Shown in pieces: positions 54,621-64,000 of a DNA stretch of 64,000 bases. Made by a program: the position numbers and the translations under genes. Source of the DNA: Thermoplasmatales archaeon (GTDB taxonomy: Archaea > Thermoplasmatota > E2 > UBA202 > JdFR-43); contig JACIWB010000002.1 in the NCBI GenBank assembly GCA_014361245.1, forward strand, positions 4,297 to 68,296, given 5' to 3'. The notes beneath the pieces were generated by a model. That model made no database searches, was not told the origin of the DNA, and saw nothing but the letters and a program-made list of their open reading frames with translations. How positions within the stretch are numbered: position 1 is the first letter of the stretch; the number at the start of each line of letters is the position of its first letter.

Positions 54621-56149
54621 CCTTTCACCTTCCTTACAACATCAAGTGTTGTTCCATCTCTATATTCAATTATTGCTACAATTTCATCACTCAATTTTGG
54701 CTCCTCTGGCTCACCAACCAGACTTTTTGCCTTTTTATATAATTCTTCTATACCGACAACCTCCATTTTTCCCTTTACCGCTTCAATCAAATCTTCTCTT
54801 TCAGGATTTATTGCAATACCTCTATCAGTAACAACAACATCAACAGTATGGCCTGGTGTTGATACAGTTGTAACCTCTTTTCTTATAACTGGCAATCTTC
54901 CTCTGAGTAAAGGAACTGTTATTATGGTAATATCACTGCCAGCTGCGGCATCCTGGTGCCCCCCTATTCCATGTAAAAGCAGGCCATCTGAATGAGTATT
55001 TACATTCACATTAAAATTTAAATCAATTTCAGTTGCGCCAAGGAAGCAGGCATTCTGCCTATTAACAACACATCCACATGTATGGGGGTCGCCAAACATG
55101 ATATGGCTAACCTCGACATGTCCTGGATTCTTAGATATTGACTCAACCGCCCTCAAATCAAAGCTCTGTGCATCAAGAATTTTCCTTATTGTCCCGTCCA
55201 TCAGCATATCAACAACAAATCCAGTTATTCCACCCATTACAAAATCCCCAACAATACCTTTTTCTTTCATATATTCATGCAAAAATTTCGTAACTGCAAG
55301 GCTTATTCCTCCCGCCCCTGCCTGGAATGAAAAGCCATTTTTTAATATGCCAGCTTTTGCCAGAAACTTTACAACATTTTTTGCAATGGTGAGGCGGGCT
55401 GGACTTCTTGTTATTTGCATTGTTCCTGTTTGTATGCCAGATGGGTCGCCAATGCTTTCAATTTGCACAACATAATCAACATATATCTGTGGTATTGAGA
55501 TAGGTGTAACAGGATATGGCTGTAAATTATCTGTAATTACAACAACATTGTCCGCAAACGCCGCGTCTGCATAAGCAAATCCCATTGCCCCAAACGCAGA
55601 TTTGCCGAGCATTCCATTGCAATTTCCATATTCATCAGCAATTGAAGCGGCGAGAAAAGCTACATCTATATGCAAATCCCCGCTTTTTATTGCCCTCGCT
55701 CTTCCTCCATGGCTCCTCAAAATAACTGGCTCATTCAGCCCTTGTTTAGATACATATTCTCCCAGAGGGCCATTTAAACTTCCTTCTATAGAAGTAATAA
55801 CCCCATTTTTTATATACTCAATCAACTTTTCATGAACTGGAAAAAGAGCGCTTGGAGCAAGTTTTATATCTTTTATACCCATTTTTGCAATTTCATCAAC
55901 AACTAAATTTACAACAGCATCCCCGTTTCTTAAATGATGATGAAAGGATATTGTCATCCCATCTTCAAGTCCTACTTTTTTTATCGCTTCTCTTATCGAT
56001 GGTAACAACTTTTTTTCATCTGGAAAGACACATTTTAATGGCTTTCCATATTGCCTTTTATCTGGCTTAAATGAAAAAGGACCATTATATGGAATTAATT
56101 TTCTCCCATTCACTTCCTCAGGTATCTCTCTTCCAACAGCATTTCGCAT
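54617..56149 (-). CDS. citF: citrate lyase alpha subunit (citrate CoA-transferase)
   Basis: 510 aa; near full-length motif match to CitF (GLEDGMTISFHHHLRNGD, LRSHGGRARAI, GAGGISLAVTKFL, ITVPLLRGRLP); 4-nt overlap with the dehydratase gene. Confidence 0.8.
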   Translation of the reverse strand: MRNAVGREIPEEVNGRKLIPYNGPFSFKPDKRQYGKPLKCVFPDEKKLLPSIREAIKKVGLEDGMTISFHHHLRNGDAVVNLVVDEIAKMGIKDIKLAPSALFPVHEKLIEYIKNGVITSIEGSLNGPLGEYVSKQGLNEPVILRSHGGRARAIKSGDLHIDVAFLAASIADEYGNCNGMLGKSAFGAMGFAYADAAFADNVVVITDNLQPYPVTPISIPQIYVDYVVQIESIGDPSGIQTGTMQITRSPARLTIAKNVVKFLAKAGILKNGFSFQAGAGGISLAVTKFLHEYMKEKGIVGDFVMGGITGFVVDMLMDGTIRKILDAQSFDLRAVESISKNPGHVEVSHIMFGDPHTCGCVVNRQNACFLGATEIDLNFNVNVNTHSDGLLLHGIGGHQDAAAGSDITIITVPLLRGRLPVIRKEVTTVSTPGHTVDVVVTDRGIAINPEREDLIEAVKGKMEVVGIEELYKKAKSLVGEPEEPKLSDEIVAIIEYRDGTTLDVVRKVKG

Positions 56150-56236
56150 ATTGGAAATAAAAAAATTGTTTATATCCTTTTTGTGTTTTGTTAAACTTTC
56201 CGAATTGTTTTAATATTAATAAATATTCAAAAATCA

Positions 56237-56986
56237 ATGGAGAAATTGATTGAGAAGGCAAGAGAAATAACTGAGGAGATAGATAAAAAAATAAGGAGCG
56301 ATGATAAGAATAAATTTGGTGAATTCATTGAGATGGGTGCGGATGGAACACCTACAAATTATATTGATAAGATTGCTGAGGATATTGCATTAAAAATAAT
56401 AGGAAAGGAAGGAAATATTCTATCTGAAGAATGTGGTTTTATTGATAATGGTTGCGAATATACTTTTGTTATCGACCCGATTGATGGAACAAGAAATGCA
56501 ATCGCTGGTATTCCTTTTTATGGTGTTTCAGTAGCAATAGGAAAAGAAAAATTAAAAGATGTTTCATATGGTATAGTAAAAAATATTCCAACAGGAGAAA
56601 TTTTTGAAGCAATCGCTGGAAAAGGAGCATTTCTAAATAAAAAAATTATAAGGGTAAAGAAAAGAAATAACCCCTTCCTCTGTCTCGTGCTCGGAGAATC
56701 TGGAAATGAAAAAACATGGAGACTATCAAACAAGCACCATGTAAGGGCGATGGGCGCGGCCGCTCTTGAAATGTGTCTTGTTGCATGCGGGGCGGCGCAG
56801 GCATATTTTATGGGGAAAAAGAGCTTGCGAGTTACTGATTTTGCGGCGGCAAGCCTGATTGTGGAAGAAGCGGGGGGGATTGTTAGGGATGAGAATGGTG
56901 AGGAGCTTGATTTGCCCCTTGATTTGAAAGTAAGGAGCGGGGTTATTGCTGGTTGTGATGAAGAGATTTTGAAGGTGTTGATATGA
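56237..56986 (+). CDS. inositol monophosphatase / fructose-1,6-bisphosphatase family (SuhB-like; possible NADP phosphatase)
   Basis: 249 aa; FVIDPIDGT and WRLSNKHHVRAMGAAALE motifs. Confidence 0.7.
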   Translation: MEKLIEKAREITEEIDKKIRSDDKNKFGEFIEMGADGTPTNYIDKIAEDIALKIIGKEGNILSEECGFIDNGCEYTFVIDPIDGTRNAIAGIPFYGVSVAIGKEKLKDVSYGIVKNIPTGEIFEAIAGKGAFLNKKIIRVKKRNNPFLCLVLGESGNEKTWRLSNKHHVRAMGAAALEMCLVACGAAQAYFMGKKSLRVTDFAAASLIVEEAGGIVRDENGEELDLPLDLKVRSGVIAGCDEEILKVLI

Positions 56987-57774
56987 GATGGGGTATTGTA
57001 TGCAAGCCATCGGTGGAAGCATATGAAATAGGGAAAAGGGTTTATAAGATAATAGGAAATGCAGTTCTTGAGGAAAAGATAGCAAATTATATGAAAAAGA
57101 GGGGTTATAAAATTGAAGAGATGGGTGAGAGATGTGATGGAATAATTGTTGTTGGGGGAGATGGAACAATTTTATTAACTCTGAGGCACTCAAAAAAACC
57201 TGTTTTTTCAATAAATGCGGGCAGAGTTGGATTTCTTACTGAAGTGGATGCTGATGATACGGAAAAAGCAATTGAAGAAATTTTGAAAGGAAATTATTTT
57301 GTTGAGGAATATATGAAAATAAAAATTTTTTTGAATAAGAAGAGATTACCAGATGCAGTAAATGAAATTGTAATTCATACTGCAAATCTTGGTAAAATTT
57401 TGCCTTATAAGATTTATGTTGATGAGCAAATTATTAAGGAAGGAAGTGGGGATGGTTTAGTTGTTTCAACACCAGTTGGCTCAACAAGTTATTCTCTTTC
57501 CTTAGGGGGACCAGTTATTGAGCCGAAAATAAATGCATTTTTGATTGTTGCAATTGCTCCTTTCAGGAGAGATTTTCATCCTCTTGTTTTATCTTCTGAA
57601 AGAAAAATAAAAATAGAGGTCTTTAAAGATGCAGAAATTGCAGTAGATGGGCTTTATAATAAAAAAATATCAAAGGATGATGTTATTGAATTGATGATAT
57701 CAGAGGAGAAGGCAAAATTTATAAAAATAAACAACAAGTTTTTTGAGAAAATTTATAAGAAGTTGGAAAAATGA
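56983..57774 (+). CDS. ppnK: NAD+ kinase
   Basis: 263 aa; VVGGDGT and downstream NE/DGL motifs; 4-nt overlap with the IMPase-family gene. Confidence 0.75.
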   Translation: MRWGIVCKPSVEAYEIGKRVYKIIGNAVLEEKIANYMKKRGYKIEEMGERCDGIIVVGGDGTILLTLRHSKKPVFSINAGRVGFLTEVDADDTEKAIEEILKGNYFVEEYMKIKIFLNKKRLPDAVNEIVIHTANLGKILPYKIYVDEQIIKEGSGDGLVVSTPVGSTSYSLSLGGPVIEPKINAFLIVAIAPFRRDFHPLVLSSERKIKIEVFKDAEIAVDGLYNKKISKDDVIELMISEEKAKFIKINNKFFEKIYKKLEK

Positions 57775-58136
57775 AAATAAAAAAGGAATGTTTAAAAACG
57801 ATAATTGAAGCCGCAAAAGAAATGCATCCCAAGGAATTTTTAGCATTTCTTTCTATTGGAAGAAAAAAAGATTTAATAGAGGAGTTTGTTATAATACCTC
57901 AGATGATATATGGAAGAAGTTCTGCATCATTTAATCTTGCAATGCTTCCAGTGGATAAATCAATAGTTGGAACTGCACATTCACATCCATCTGGCAGTTA
58001 TTTTCCATCGAGCGAGGATTTAATTACCTTCAGAAAAAGTGGAAGAATTCATGTAATAGTGGCATATCCTTATAATGAAAAAAACTGGAAAGCATATGAC
58101 AGCATGGGAAGAGAAATAATTTTGGAGGTAATATGA
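57771..58136 (+). CDS. JAMM/MPN+ metalloprotease-family protein
   Basis: 121 aa; E...HSHPSGSYFPSSEDL = JAMM motif (E-x(n)-HxH-x7-S-xx-D). Confidence 0.7.
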   Translation: MKIKKECLKTIIEAAKEMHPKEFLAFLSIGRKKDLIEEFVIIPQMIYGRSSASFNLAMLPVDKSIVGTAHSHPSGSYFPSSEDLITFRKSGRIHVIVAYPYNEKNWKAYDSMGREIILEVI

Positions 58137-58867
58137 TTTGGGTATATACAATTTTAAGTGTTATAATTGTGAGCATGATTTCACTCATTGGTATAACAGT
58201 TCTATGGATAAACGAGGAGAAGCTGAGAAAAGCATTAATTTATCTCGTCGCATTTTCTGCTGGCGGGCTTTTCGGCGGGGCATTTCTTCATCTACTGCCA
58301 GAAATGATAGATAGGGGATTTAAAAGTTATTACGGGATTTGTATCATTTGCGGGATTGTTGCATATTTTTTACTTGAGAAAATTATTCGCTGGAGGCACT
58401 GCCATATTCTTCCATCTGAAAGACATCCACATACTCTTTCCTCCATGATTCTTTTTGGGGATGCCCTTCACAACCTTATAGATGGTCTTGTTATAGGGGC
58501 AAGTTATATGGCTGATTTAAATCTTGGAATTGCGACAACTTTTGCTGTTATATTTCATGAGATACCTCAGGAAATAGGTGATTTTGGTTCTCTTCTTTAT
58601 GGAGGGTTCAGCAAATCAAAAGCTTTGCTCTTCAATTTTTTTTCCGCTCTTACCGCAGTTTTAGGAGCATTAATTGTTCTAACAATTAAAAATGATTTGC
58701 TGGTGAATATACTTATTCCAGTTACAGTAGGAGGATTTATATACATTGCTGGTTCAGATATGATGCCCGAATTACATAAAGAATTGAATTTTAAGAAATC
58801 ATTTCTACAGCTTTTATCAATAATTGCGGGAGTAGTTGTTATGTATGCTTTAACTCTTTTTGAATAA
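58133..58867 (+). CDS. ZIP-family metal (zinc) transporter
   Basis: 244 aa; 8 TM; HEIPQEIGDFG signature. Confidence 0.75.
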   Translation: MIWVYTILSVIIVSMISLIGITVLWINEEKLRKALIYLVAFSAGGLFGGAFLHLLPEMIDRGFKSYYGICIICGIVAYFLLEKIIRWRHCHILPSERHPHTLSSMILFGDALHNLIDGLVIGASYMADLNLGIATTFAVIFHEIPQEIGDFGSLLYGGFSKSKALLFNFFSALTAVLGALIVLTIKNDLLVNILIPVTVGGFIYIAGSDMMPELHKELNFKKSFLQLLSIIAGVVVMYALTLFE

Positions 58868-58944
58868 TTATTTTTTCCTTATAGCCCTGTATATGCAGTA
58901 AAATAATCCACCATAAAAAACAGCACATCCAATTATTGCCATTG

Positions 58945-60342
58945 CTATTGCGCCCGCCGACATTTTGTCCTCCATAAAGTAAAGGAAAGGAAGAAAATCA
59001 ATAAAATTATTAAAAAACCAATTGAAGGATAGCTCAGAAGACTAGTTGAAGAAGCAAAAAGCATGAAGGCAAGCACGGCGGGCGCCAAAAATTTTAAGGA
59101 AATGCCCCACCACCTTCCAACTTTTATTTCTGATACCTTATTTACATATTTCCTTAATTTTTCATCACCAAGAAGATAGGCAAATATTATGCACTCAAGC
59201 AAGCCAACGACAACAAGTGCAAAATCTGAAATGAAGTGATCAGCTGTCTCTATTAGCAATATATTTTTTCCAATTAGCAAACCAGCAAGAAGTCCAATTA
59301 AGCAGATTATAAAATTTGATTTTTGTCTGCTTATTTTAAATTTTTCACTTATGCTTTTTGATATTGCCTCAACCATTGAATATGCGGAAGTTAAGCCAAA
59401 TAAAAATAAAATTGAAAAGAACATTAATCCAAAAATTGATTGAAGGAATGGAATTTTTGATATAACTGTTGGATATGTGATGAAGGCAAGGGCAAATCCA
59501 CCTCTTGCAATTTCCTCAAAATTCATTCCAGTAGTAAAAGACAGGTAGCCAAGTGTTGAAAAAACAGCAAATCCACCAAGAAAAGCAATCCCACAATCTG
59601 CAAATGCTGTAATAAAAGAATTGTTTGTTATATCTGATTTCTTTTCTAAATAGCTTCCATATGCAATCATTATTCCTTGGGCAAGGGAAAGTGAAAAGAA
59701 AACCTGAGCAAAAGCAGCTAGCCATGTGGATGGCAATAAAAGTTTTGAAAAATCTGGAGCAAGATAGAATTCCAAGCCATTTGTAGCATTTGGCAATGTT
59801 AATCCAACAAATGTTAATATTAGCAATAGTATAACTGGAAAAGGAACCGCTATCATGGAGAATTTACCAATAGATTTAACTCCTTTATAAAGGATAAGGT
59901 ATATTGCAACCCATACAAAAAGAATTGAAAAAAGTATTTGCTCTCCACTACTTAAAAATTTATAATAAAAGAAAGAAGAAGCATCTGTCCCCCATGCCAT
60001 AAAAATTGAATGAATGATATAGCATAAACTCCATCCAACTATTACACAATAATATATTGAAATAAAAAATGCAACAATAACGCTTAGCCACCCGGCAAAC
60101 TCGCTTCTTTTTGATATTTTTTTAAGAGCCATAGGGGCAGAATGGGCATAAATGTTACCAACAGCAAATTCAGCTATTAGAAGAGGAATTCCAACAACAA
60201 AGAGGGCAATTATAAAAGGAATAAGAAAAGCCCCTCCTCCGCTTTTATAGCAAACATAAGGAAAGCGCCATAAGTTTCCGAGCCCAACTGCTGAGCCAAT
60301 CGATGCAAATAAAAATGCCACTCGAGATTGCCACTTCTCCAC
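58945..60342 (-). CDS. sodium-dependent transporter, NSS/SNF family
   Basis: 465 aa; GLGNLWRFPY motif in TM1, 11-12 TM helices. Confidence 0.8.
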   Translation of the reverse strand: MEKWQSRVAFLFASIGSAVGLGNLWRFPYVCYKSGGGAFLIPFIIALFVVGIPLLIAEFAVGNIYAHSAPMALKKISKRSEFAGWLSVIVAFFISIYYCVIVGWSLCYIIHSIFMAWGTDASSFFYYKFLSSGEQILFSILFVWVAIYLILYKGVKSIGKFSMIAVPFPVILLLILTFVGLTLPNATNGLEFYLAPDFSKLLLPSTWLAAFAQVFFSLSLAQGIMIAYGSYLEKKSDITNNSFITAFADCGIAFLGGFAVFSTLGYLSFTTGMNFEEIARGGFALAFITYPTVISKIPFLQSIFGLMFFSILFLFGLTSAYSMVEAISKSISEKFKISRQKSNFIICLIGLLAGLLIGKNILLIETADHFISDFALVVVGLLECIIFAYLLGDEKLRKYVNKVSEIKVGRWWGISLKFLAPAVLAFMLFASSTSLLSYPSIGFLIILLIFFLSFTLWRTKCRRAQ

Positions 60343-60607
60343 ACTATAATAGGATTTGATATATTTATATGTTTAACAATTGCTAAATTTATTGGTCTCG
60401 AAAAGGAGTTAAACTCATGTAGATAGGTTTATAGAATAATAACCCTTGAAAAGAGCATAAAATATTAAATAGTGAAATCTATTTTTTATAAGATGATAAG
60501 TGAAGAAGAAAATCGACTATATAATATATTTTTTCAGAAGAATGAGATATATATTAAGAAAATTTTTGAAAAAACAATAAAAATGAAATCCTGCAAAAAG
60601 ATAAACG

Positions 60608-61651
60608 GTGAGGAAAATGCTTAAGGGAATTTTAGAAGCAGTCGTTGAGAAAATGAAAAAATATCACTCTCTTTATGAAGAAAACGAAGCGGCAGTAAGA
60701 GAGCATATAATAAATCCCGTATTAAATGCTTTAGGATGGTGTCCCGAGAACCCTGAAGAAGTACAACCAAATGTTTCCACCGAAGAAGGATTTCCTGATT
60801 AATCTCTTATAAAGAACGGAAAAAAAGTTCTATTTATTGAAACAAAGAAATTATCGATAGATATAGAACAAAAAGAAGTCATTCGTCAGTTGGCAAAATA
60901 TTGTTTTGGCGAGGGAATGAAATATGGAGTTTTAACCAATGGAGCTGTTTGGATACTTTTCAGGGCTTTTCAAGAAGGAACTACAATGTCTGAGAGAATA
61001 GTTTGGAAAACGGATATTGAAAGTGATGAATTAACTGCAAGCGTAAGAAAACTATGTACTATTTCGAAGGATAATATCGACAATATCGAGAGACTTATAA
61101 AGAAACTCCAAATATTGGATGAAATCTGGCATTCTCTGGTAGATGAGCCAGAAGAAATTATCAAAGGGCTAATTCCTGTTTTTGAGAATTTAATTAAAGA
61201 AGGATATCCCGATTATGAATTTGAAGTCATGGAAATTGAGGATTTTCTCAAAGAAAAGATCAAAGAATTAATTGTTCCAACAGAAGAAACAGAAGAACAA
61301 ATATCTCCATCAGAAATACCTGCATGGGAAGGAAGGCGACCAAGAAGAATTAAAATAAGTAGCGATGTTTTTGAGGTCAGGAACTCTTACGAAATACTAA
61401 TAAATGTTGCAGAATGGCTTATCCAGAAGGGAAAATTAAAAAAAAGCGATTGCCCAATACCAATTGGAAGGAAACGCCACTTAATAAATACAGAGCCTAA
61501 ACACAGATATGGGGATAATTTTAGGGCCCCAAAACGGTTATCTAACGGATTGTATGTCGAAGTACATTACAGCACTGCTGGATGTATAAATAACGCTAGG
61601 CGACTTCTTGAGAGATTTGGTTTCAGAGGGGATATATTGGAGGTGCAATAG
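60608..61651 (+). pseudogene. PD-(D/E)xK nuclease-family (HsdR_N-like) protein interrupted by a single in-frame TAA
   Basis: ORFs 60608-60802 and 60890-61651 are in the same frame, separated only by TAA at 60800-60802; read-through gives ...EEGFPD*SLIKNGKKVLFIETKK..., i.e. the HsdR_N/PD-ExK core (D...E-x-K) with the stop at the position of the conserved Tyr (FPDY). Confidence 0.55.
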
Positions 61652-61717
61652 ATATATACAGGATTCTCAATAACATTAATTTTCGAAATCCTTAAATATG
61701 AAAAAGTATTACTTTTT

Positions 61718-62011
61718 TTGAAAAAAGTAATATGTGATAATATGTGGCTGATAACAACACTCATCTTTGCAATCATTGCAACCATATTATATGCATTTCT
61801 TAAGAAATACAAATTAAATTATCTTGCTCTTATGTTCTGGGGAGCATTTGTTATGATATTGGTGGACCATGTTCTTGGTTATGAAGGGGGAAATTTCCTT
61901 GAATACGAAACCGAAGGATTAATAAACAATGGAATTATTCTTGGAATTGTTATGGCAGTTCCAGTCATAGCAATATGGCTGGTGCTTGTAGCAATTGAAA
62001 AAAAGAGGTGA
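61718..62011 (+). CDS. small membrane protein (3 TM)
   Basis: 97 aa hydrophobic; 4-nt overlap with the next small membrane ORF. Confidence 0.3.
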   Translation: MKKVICDNMWLITTLIFAIIATILYAFLKKYKLNYLALMFWGAFVMILVDHVLGYEGGNFLEYETEGLINNGIILGIVMAVPVIAIWLVLVAIEKKR

Positions 62012-62325
62012 TAAAAATGGCGTGTTTCCTCGTGCCCACGGCGGCGGGCGTTGCGGGCCTGCTCGCAAGGAAAAAGATGCATAAGAAATATAGAATGGAT
62101 ATACTGAATGCCATGCTTTGGGGAGGAGCTGCAATGCTTGCAGTTGAACACATAGCACACGGAGAAGTAGTTCCATATCCGCCTTTCTTAACAGCTGGGC
62201 TTAGCGAAGTGTTGCCAGAGATGCTTAAGATTGGCTTGCCAATGACAATCTGCATATTTATTGCATGGGCAATAATTGTTGCAATAACTGAATTGATGCC
62301 GAAGAAGGAGTTAAAAACTGAATAA
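62008..62325 (+). CDS. small membrane protein (3 TM)
   Basis: 105 aa; locally GC-rich 5' end. Confidence 0.3.
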   Translation: MIKMACFLVPTAAGVAGLLARKKMHKKYRMDILNAMLWGGAAMLAVEHIAHGEVVPYPPFLTAGLSEVLPEMLKIGLPMTICIFIAWAIIVAITELMPKKELKTE

Positions 62326-62700
62326 GTTAAAATCTGCTAAAACTTCGGAAAAAGCTTCGATGCTATTGGCATAAAATAGATGACTTTTGCATTGGCAATC
62401 ACTTGAACCAAACTTTGGAATAAATTCAAAAGAATCAAATTTTCTTGCTATATCGCATTCTTCCTTAAACTTGCTTTCTTTATAAAAAATTTTTTTTATT
62501 TTTCCCTTTTCAAGCAAATAATCAATGTGCCATCTCTTCCTTTTTTCCATTCTTAAATGCCTTTCCAACCTTTTTTCAATACTATTCATCGCAGAGCCAA
62601 CATAAGCATAGTATCCTCTCTTAAAATAAATCCCTCTTTTTCCAATTTTTATTTTTTTATCTTTTTCAATCTCAATTAAAAGAATGTAGCATCCTTTCAT
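62311..62700 (-). CDS. GIY-YIG nuclease-superfamily protein (archaeal DUF123 type)
   Basis: 129 aa; GCYILLIE...GIYFKRGYYAYVGSA...RLERH pattern of DUF123 (Uri-like). Confidence 0.55.
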   Translation of the reverse strand: MKGCYILLIEIEKDKKIKIGKRGIYFKRGYYAYVGSAMNSIEKRLERHLRMEKRKRWHIDYLLEKGKIKKIFYKESKFKEECDIARKFDSFEFIPKFGSSDCQCKSHLFYANSIEAFSEVLADFNLFSF

Positions 62701-62854
62701 TTGAATATATCCTTTATATCAAACTCCTTCATCTTATCCTTTGCATAAACCCACCCATCCTTTATTTCAACATATCCTTCCCTCTCATATTCTTTCAATA
62801 AATTCTTCATTACCTTCATTTCCCTCTTTATTTCTTCTTCAAATCTATCAATTC

Positions 62855-63286
62855 TTATTTTTCCCTCTTTTTTATGCTTACAAGAACAAGCATTATTGTT
62901 GCCATAATTATATCCTTTGCAAGTAATTTTTCCGCAACCTCATCAGCAACTTCTTCCATTTCCTCTCCTATGTGCAAACCAATAAGGATTAACCCATCTG
63001 TAACGAGTTTTCCAGTCCATGTTAGGCTATAATATTCATTTTCCTTTTTTATAAAATTTACATCTTTTAAAGCAGATAAAGCCCTGTTAAATGTTGCAGT
63101 AGATATTTTTGTTTCTTCCTGCAATTCCTTCCATCTTATTTTTTCTTTTTCTCTCAAAACAAACAGTATTTTTATAACATTTTCCTTGAATAACTTGAAA
63201 ATTTTATATATTGTATCATTTTTTTCCATGAAAATATATATATTTTCCTTAATAAATTTTGGGAAAACAAAATATTTTGAAGCCAA
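62855..63286 (-). CDS. winged-helix transcriptional regulator with C-terminal hydrophobic segment
   Basis: HTH region KILFVLREKEKIRWKELQEETKISTATFNRALSALKDVNFIKKE; C-terminal DIIMATIMLVLVSIKKREK looks like a TM anchor; true start probably the internal MEKND. Confidence 0.45.
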   Translation of the reverse strand: MASKYFVFPKFIKENIYIFMEKNDTIYKIFKLFKENVIKILFVLREKEKIRWKELQEETKISTATFNRALSALKDVNFIKKENEYYSLTWTGKLVTDGLILIGLHIGEEMEEVADEVAEKLLAKDIIMATIMLVLVSIKKREK

Positions 63287-63335
63287 ATGTTATTGGTTTG
63301 AAGCCAAATTTATATACTTGTTGATATTTATTATC

Positions 63336-64000
63336 ATGTTTTATTATCTTTTACCACTGCTTGCGGGATTTATCGCTCAATATGTAGATGGCACTTTAGG
63401 GATGGGCTATGGTGTTTCCTCTTCCTCTCTTCTTGTTGCCGCTGGTTTCATGCCCGCTCTTGTTTCCGCCTCCGTGCATATGGCGGAGATATTTGTATCA
63501 TTCACATCTGGAATAAGCCACCTAAAATTTGGAAATGTTGATAAGGATATCTTATTGCCATTAATAATTCCTGGAATAATTGGAGGAGTGCTCGGCGCCT
63601 ATATTCTTTCAGATATAATTCCTGAAAAAGGTGTTAAGATAATTGTGAGCTTTATCCTTCTTTGTCTTGGACTTGTAATATTTTTAAGATTTTATTTCGG
63701 AAAAATAAAGAAAAGGGAGGGAAATTTTTCAAAAAGATTTGTATTTGCTGTTGGTTTTGCTGGCGGACTGCTTGATGCAATAGGAGGCGGAGGATGGGGG
63801 CCTGTATGCACTTCTTCACTTGTTGCTTTAAATAAACGCAGGCCAAGAAAGGTTATTGGCTCGGTAAATTTTGCTGAATTTTTTGTAACCATATCAATAA
63901 CAGTAGCATTTGCAATAACTCTTGGAATAGAAAATTTCCTCTGGAATATAACACTACCACTAATAGTGGGAGGAGTTATAGCAGCTCCATTATCTGCATA
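63336..64000 (+). CDS. TauE/SafE (DUF81) family membrane transporter, partial; runs off the window end
   Basis: Manual translation MFYYLLPLLAGFIAQYVDGTLGMGYGVSSSSLLVAAGFMPALVSASVHMAEIF... matches TSUP/TauE N-terminal repeat; no stop before 64000. Confidence 0.6.
   Translation, partial: MFYYLLPLLAGFIAQYVDGTLGMGYGVSSSSLLVAAGFMPALVSASVHMAEIFVSFTSGISHLKFGNVDKDILLPLIIPGIIGGVLGAYILSDIIPEKGVKIIVSFILLCLGLVIFLRFYFGKIKKREGNFSKRFVFAVGFAGGLLDAIGGGGWGPVCTSSLVALNKRRPRKVIGSVNFAEFFVTISITVAFAITLGIENFLWNITLPLIVGGVIAAPLSA

Noticed and set aside
60890-60892. TTG taken as the start codon of a separate 253-aa gene
   Set aside because: The frame is continuous with ORF 60608-60802 apart from one TAA. This is better explained as one interrupted gene than as an independent TTG-initiated gene.
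1-64000. CRISPR arrays / rRNA genes
   Set aside because: I scanned for regularly spaced direct repeats and for rRNA-like GC-rich structured stretches and found none. The only repetitive DNA is the low-complexity coding at 42045-42200.

Overview
This is an AT-rich archaeal chromosomal segment, probably from a euryarchaeote. That call rests on the PolD large subunit DP2, a PGF-CTERM surface glycoprotein, aIF1A/aIF5B/aIF6, archaeal-type TrpRS/GluRS/AsnRS, and tRNAs with archaeal identity elements. Most of the window is densely packed housekeeping. It holds four aminoacyl-tRNA synthetases, translation factors, the conserved S19e-PDCD5-L39e-L31e-aIF6-prefoldin-FtsY cluster, CDC48, enolase, RNase Z, RtcA, UMP kinase and an XPD helicase. 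Four tRNA genes are present: Cys-GCA, Tyr-GTA with a 35-nt intron, initiator Met and Gln-CTG. A long co-directional operon encodes the AcnX-type alternative mevalonate pathway (phosphomevalonate dehydratase large and small subunits, isopentenyl phosphate kinase, IDI-2, GGPP synthase), with a PurC-like gene and an MFS transporter embedded in it. Several genes encode secreted or surface proteins: an M14 carboxypeptidase, a glycosidase-like protein, a PGF-CTERM glycoprotein and an Ntn-hydrolase-like protein. Two of these share a previously unremarked C-terminal module. The most interesting locus is a tight four-gene minus-strand operon at 14872-19677, wedged between housekeeping genes. It encodes a PLD(HKD)-nuclease/SF2-helicase fusion, a 68-aa protein, a DndD/SMC-like ABC ATPase with a long coiled coil and a Glu-less Walker B (IIIDTPLARID), and a 150-aa protein. 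The architecture looks like a defense or DNA-processing system, but I cannot map it to a described one. The window also holds a PD-(D/E)xK (HsdR_N-like) nuclease gene interrupted by a single in-frame TAA, a decayed IS6-family transposase, and a small accessory patch at the 3' end (GIY-YIG DUF123, HTH regulator, small membrane proteins). I saw no CRISPR array and no rRNA.
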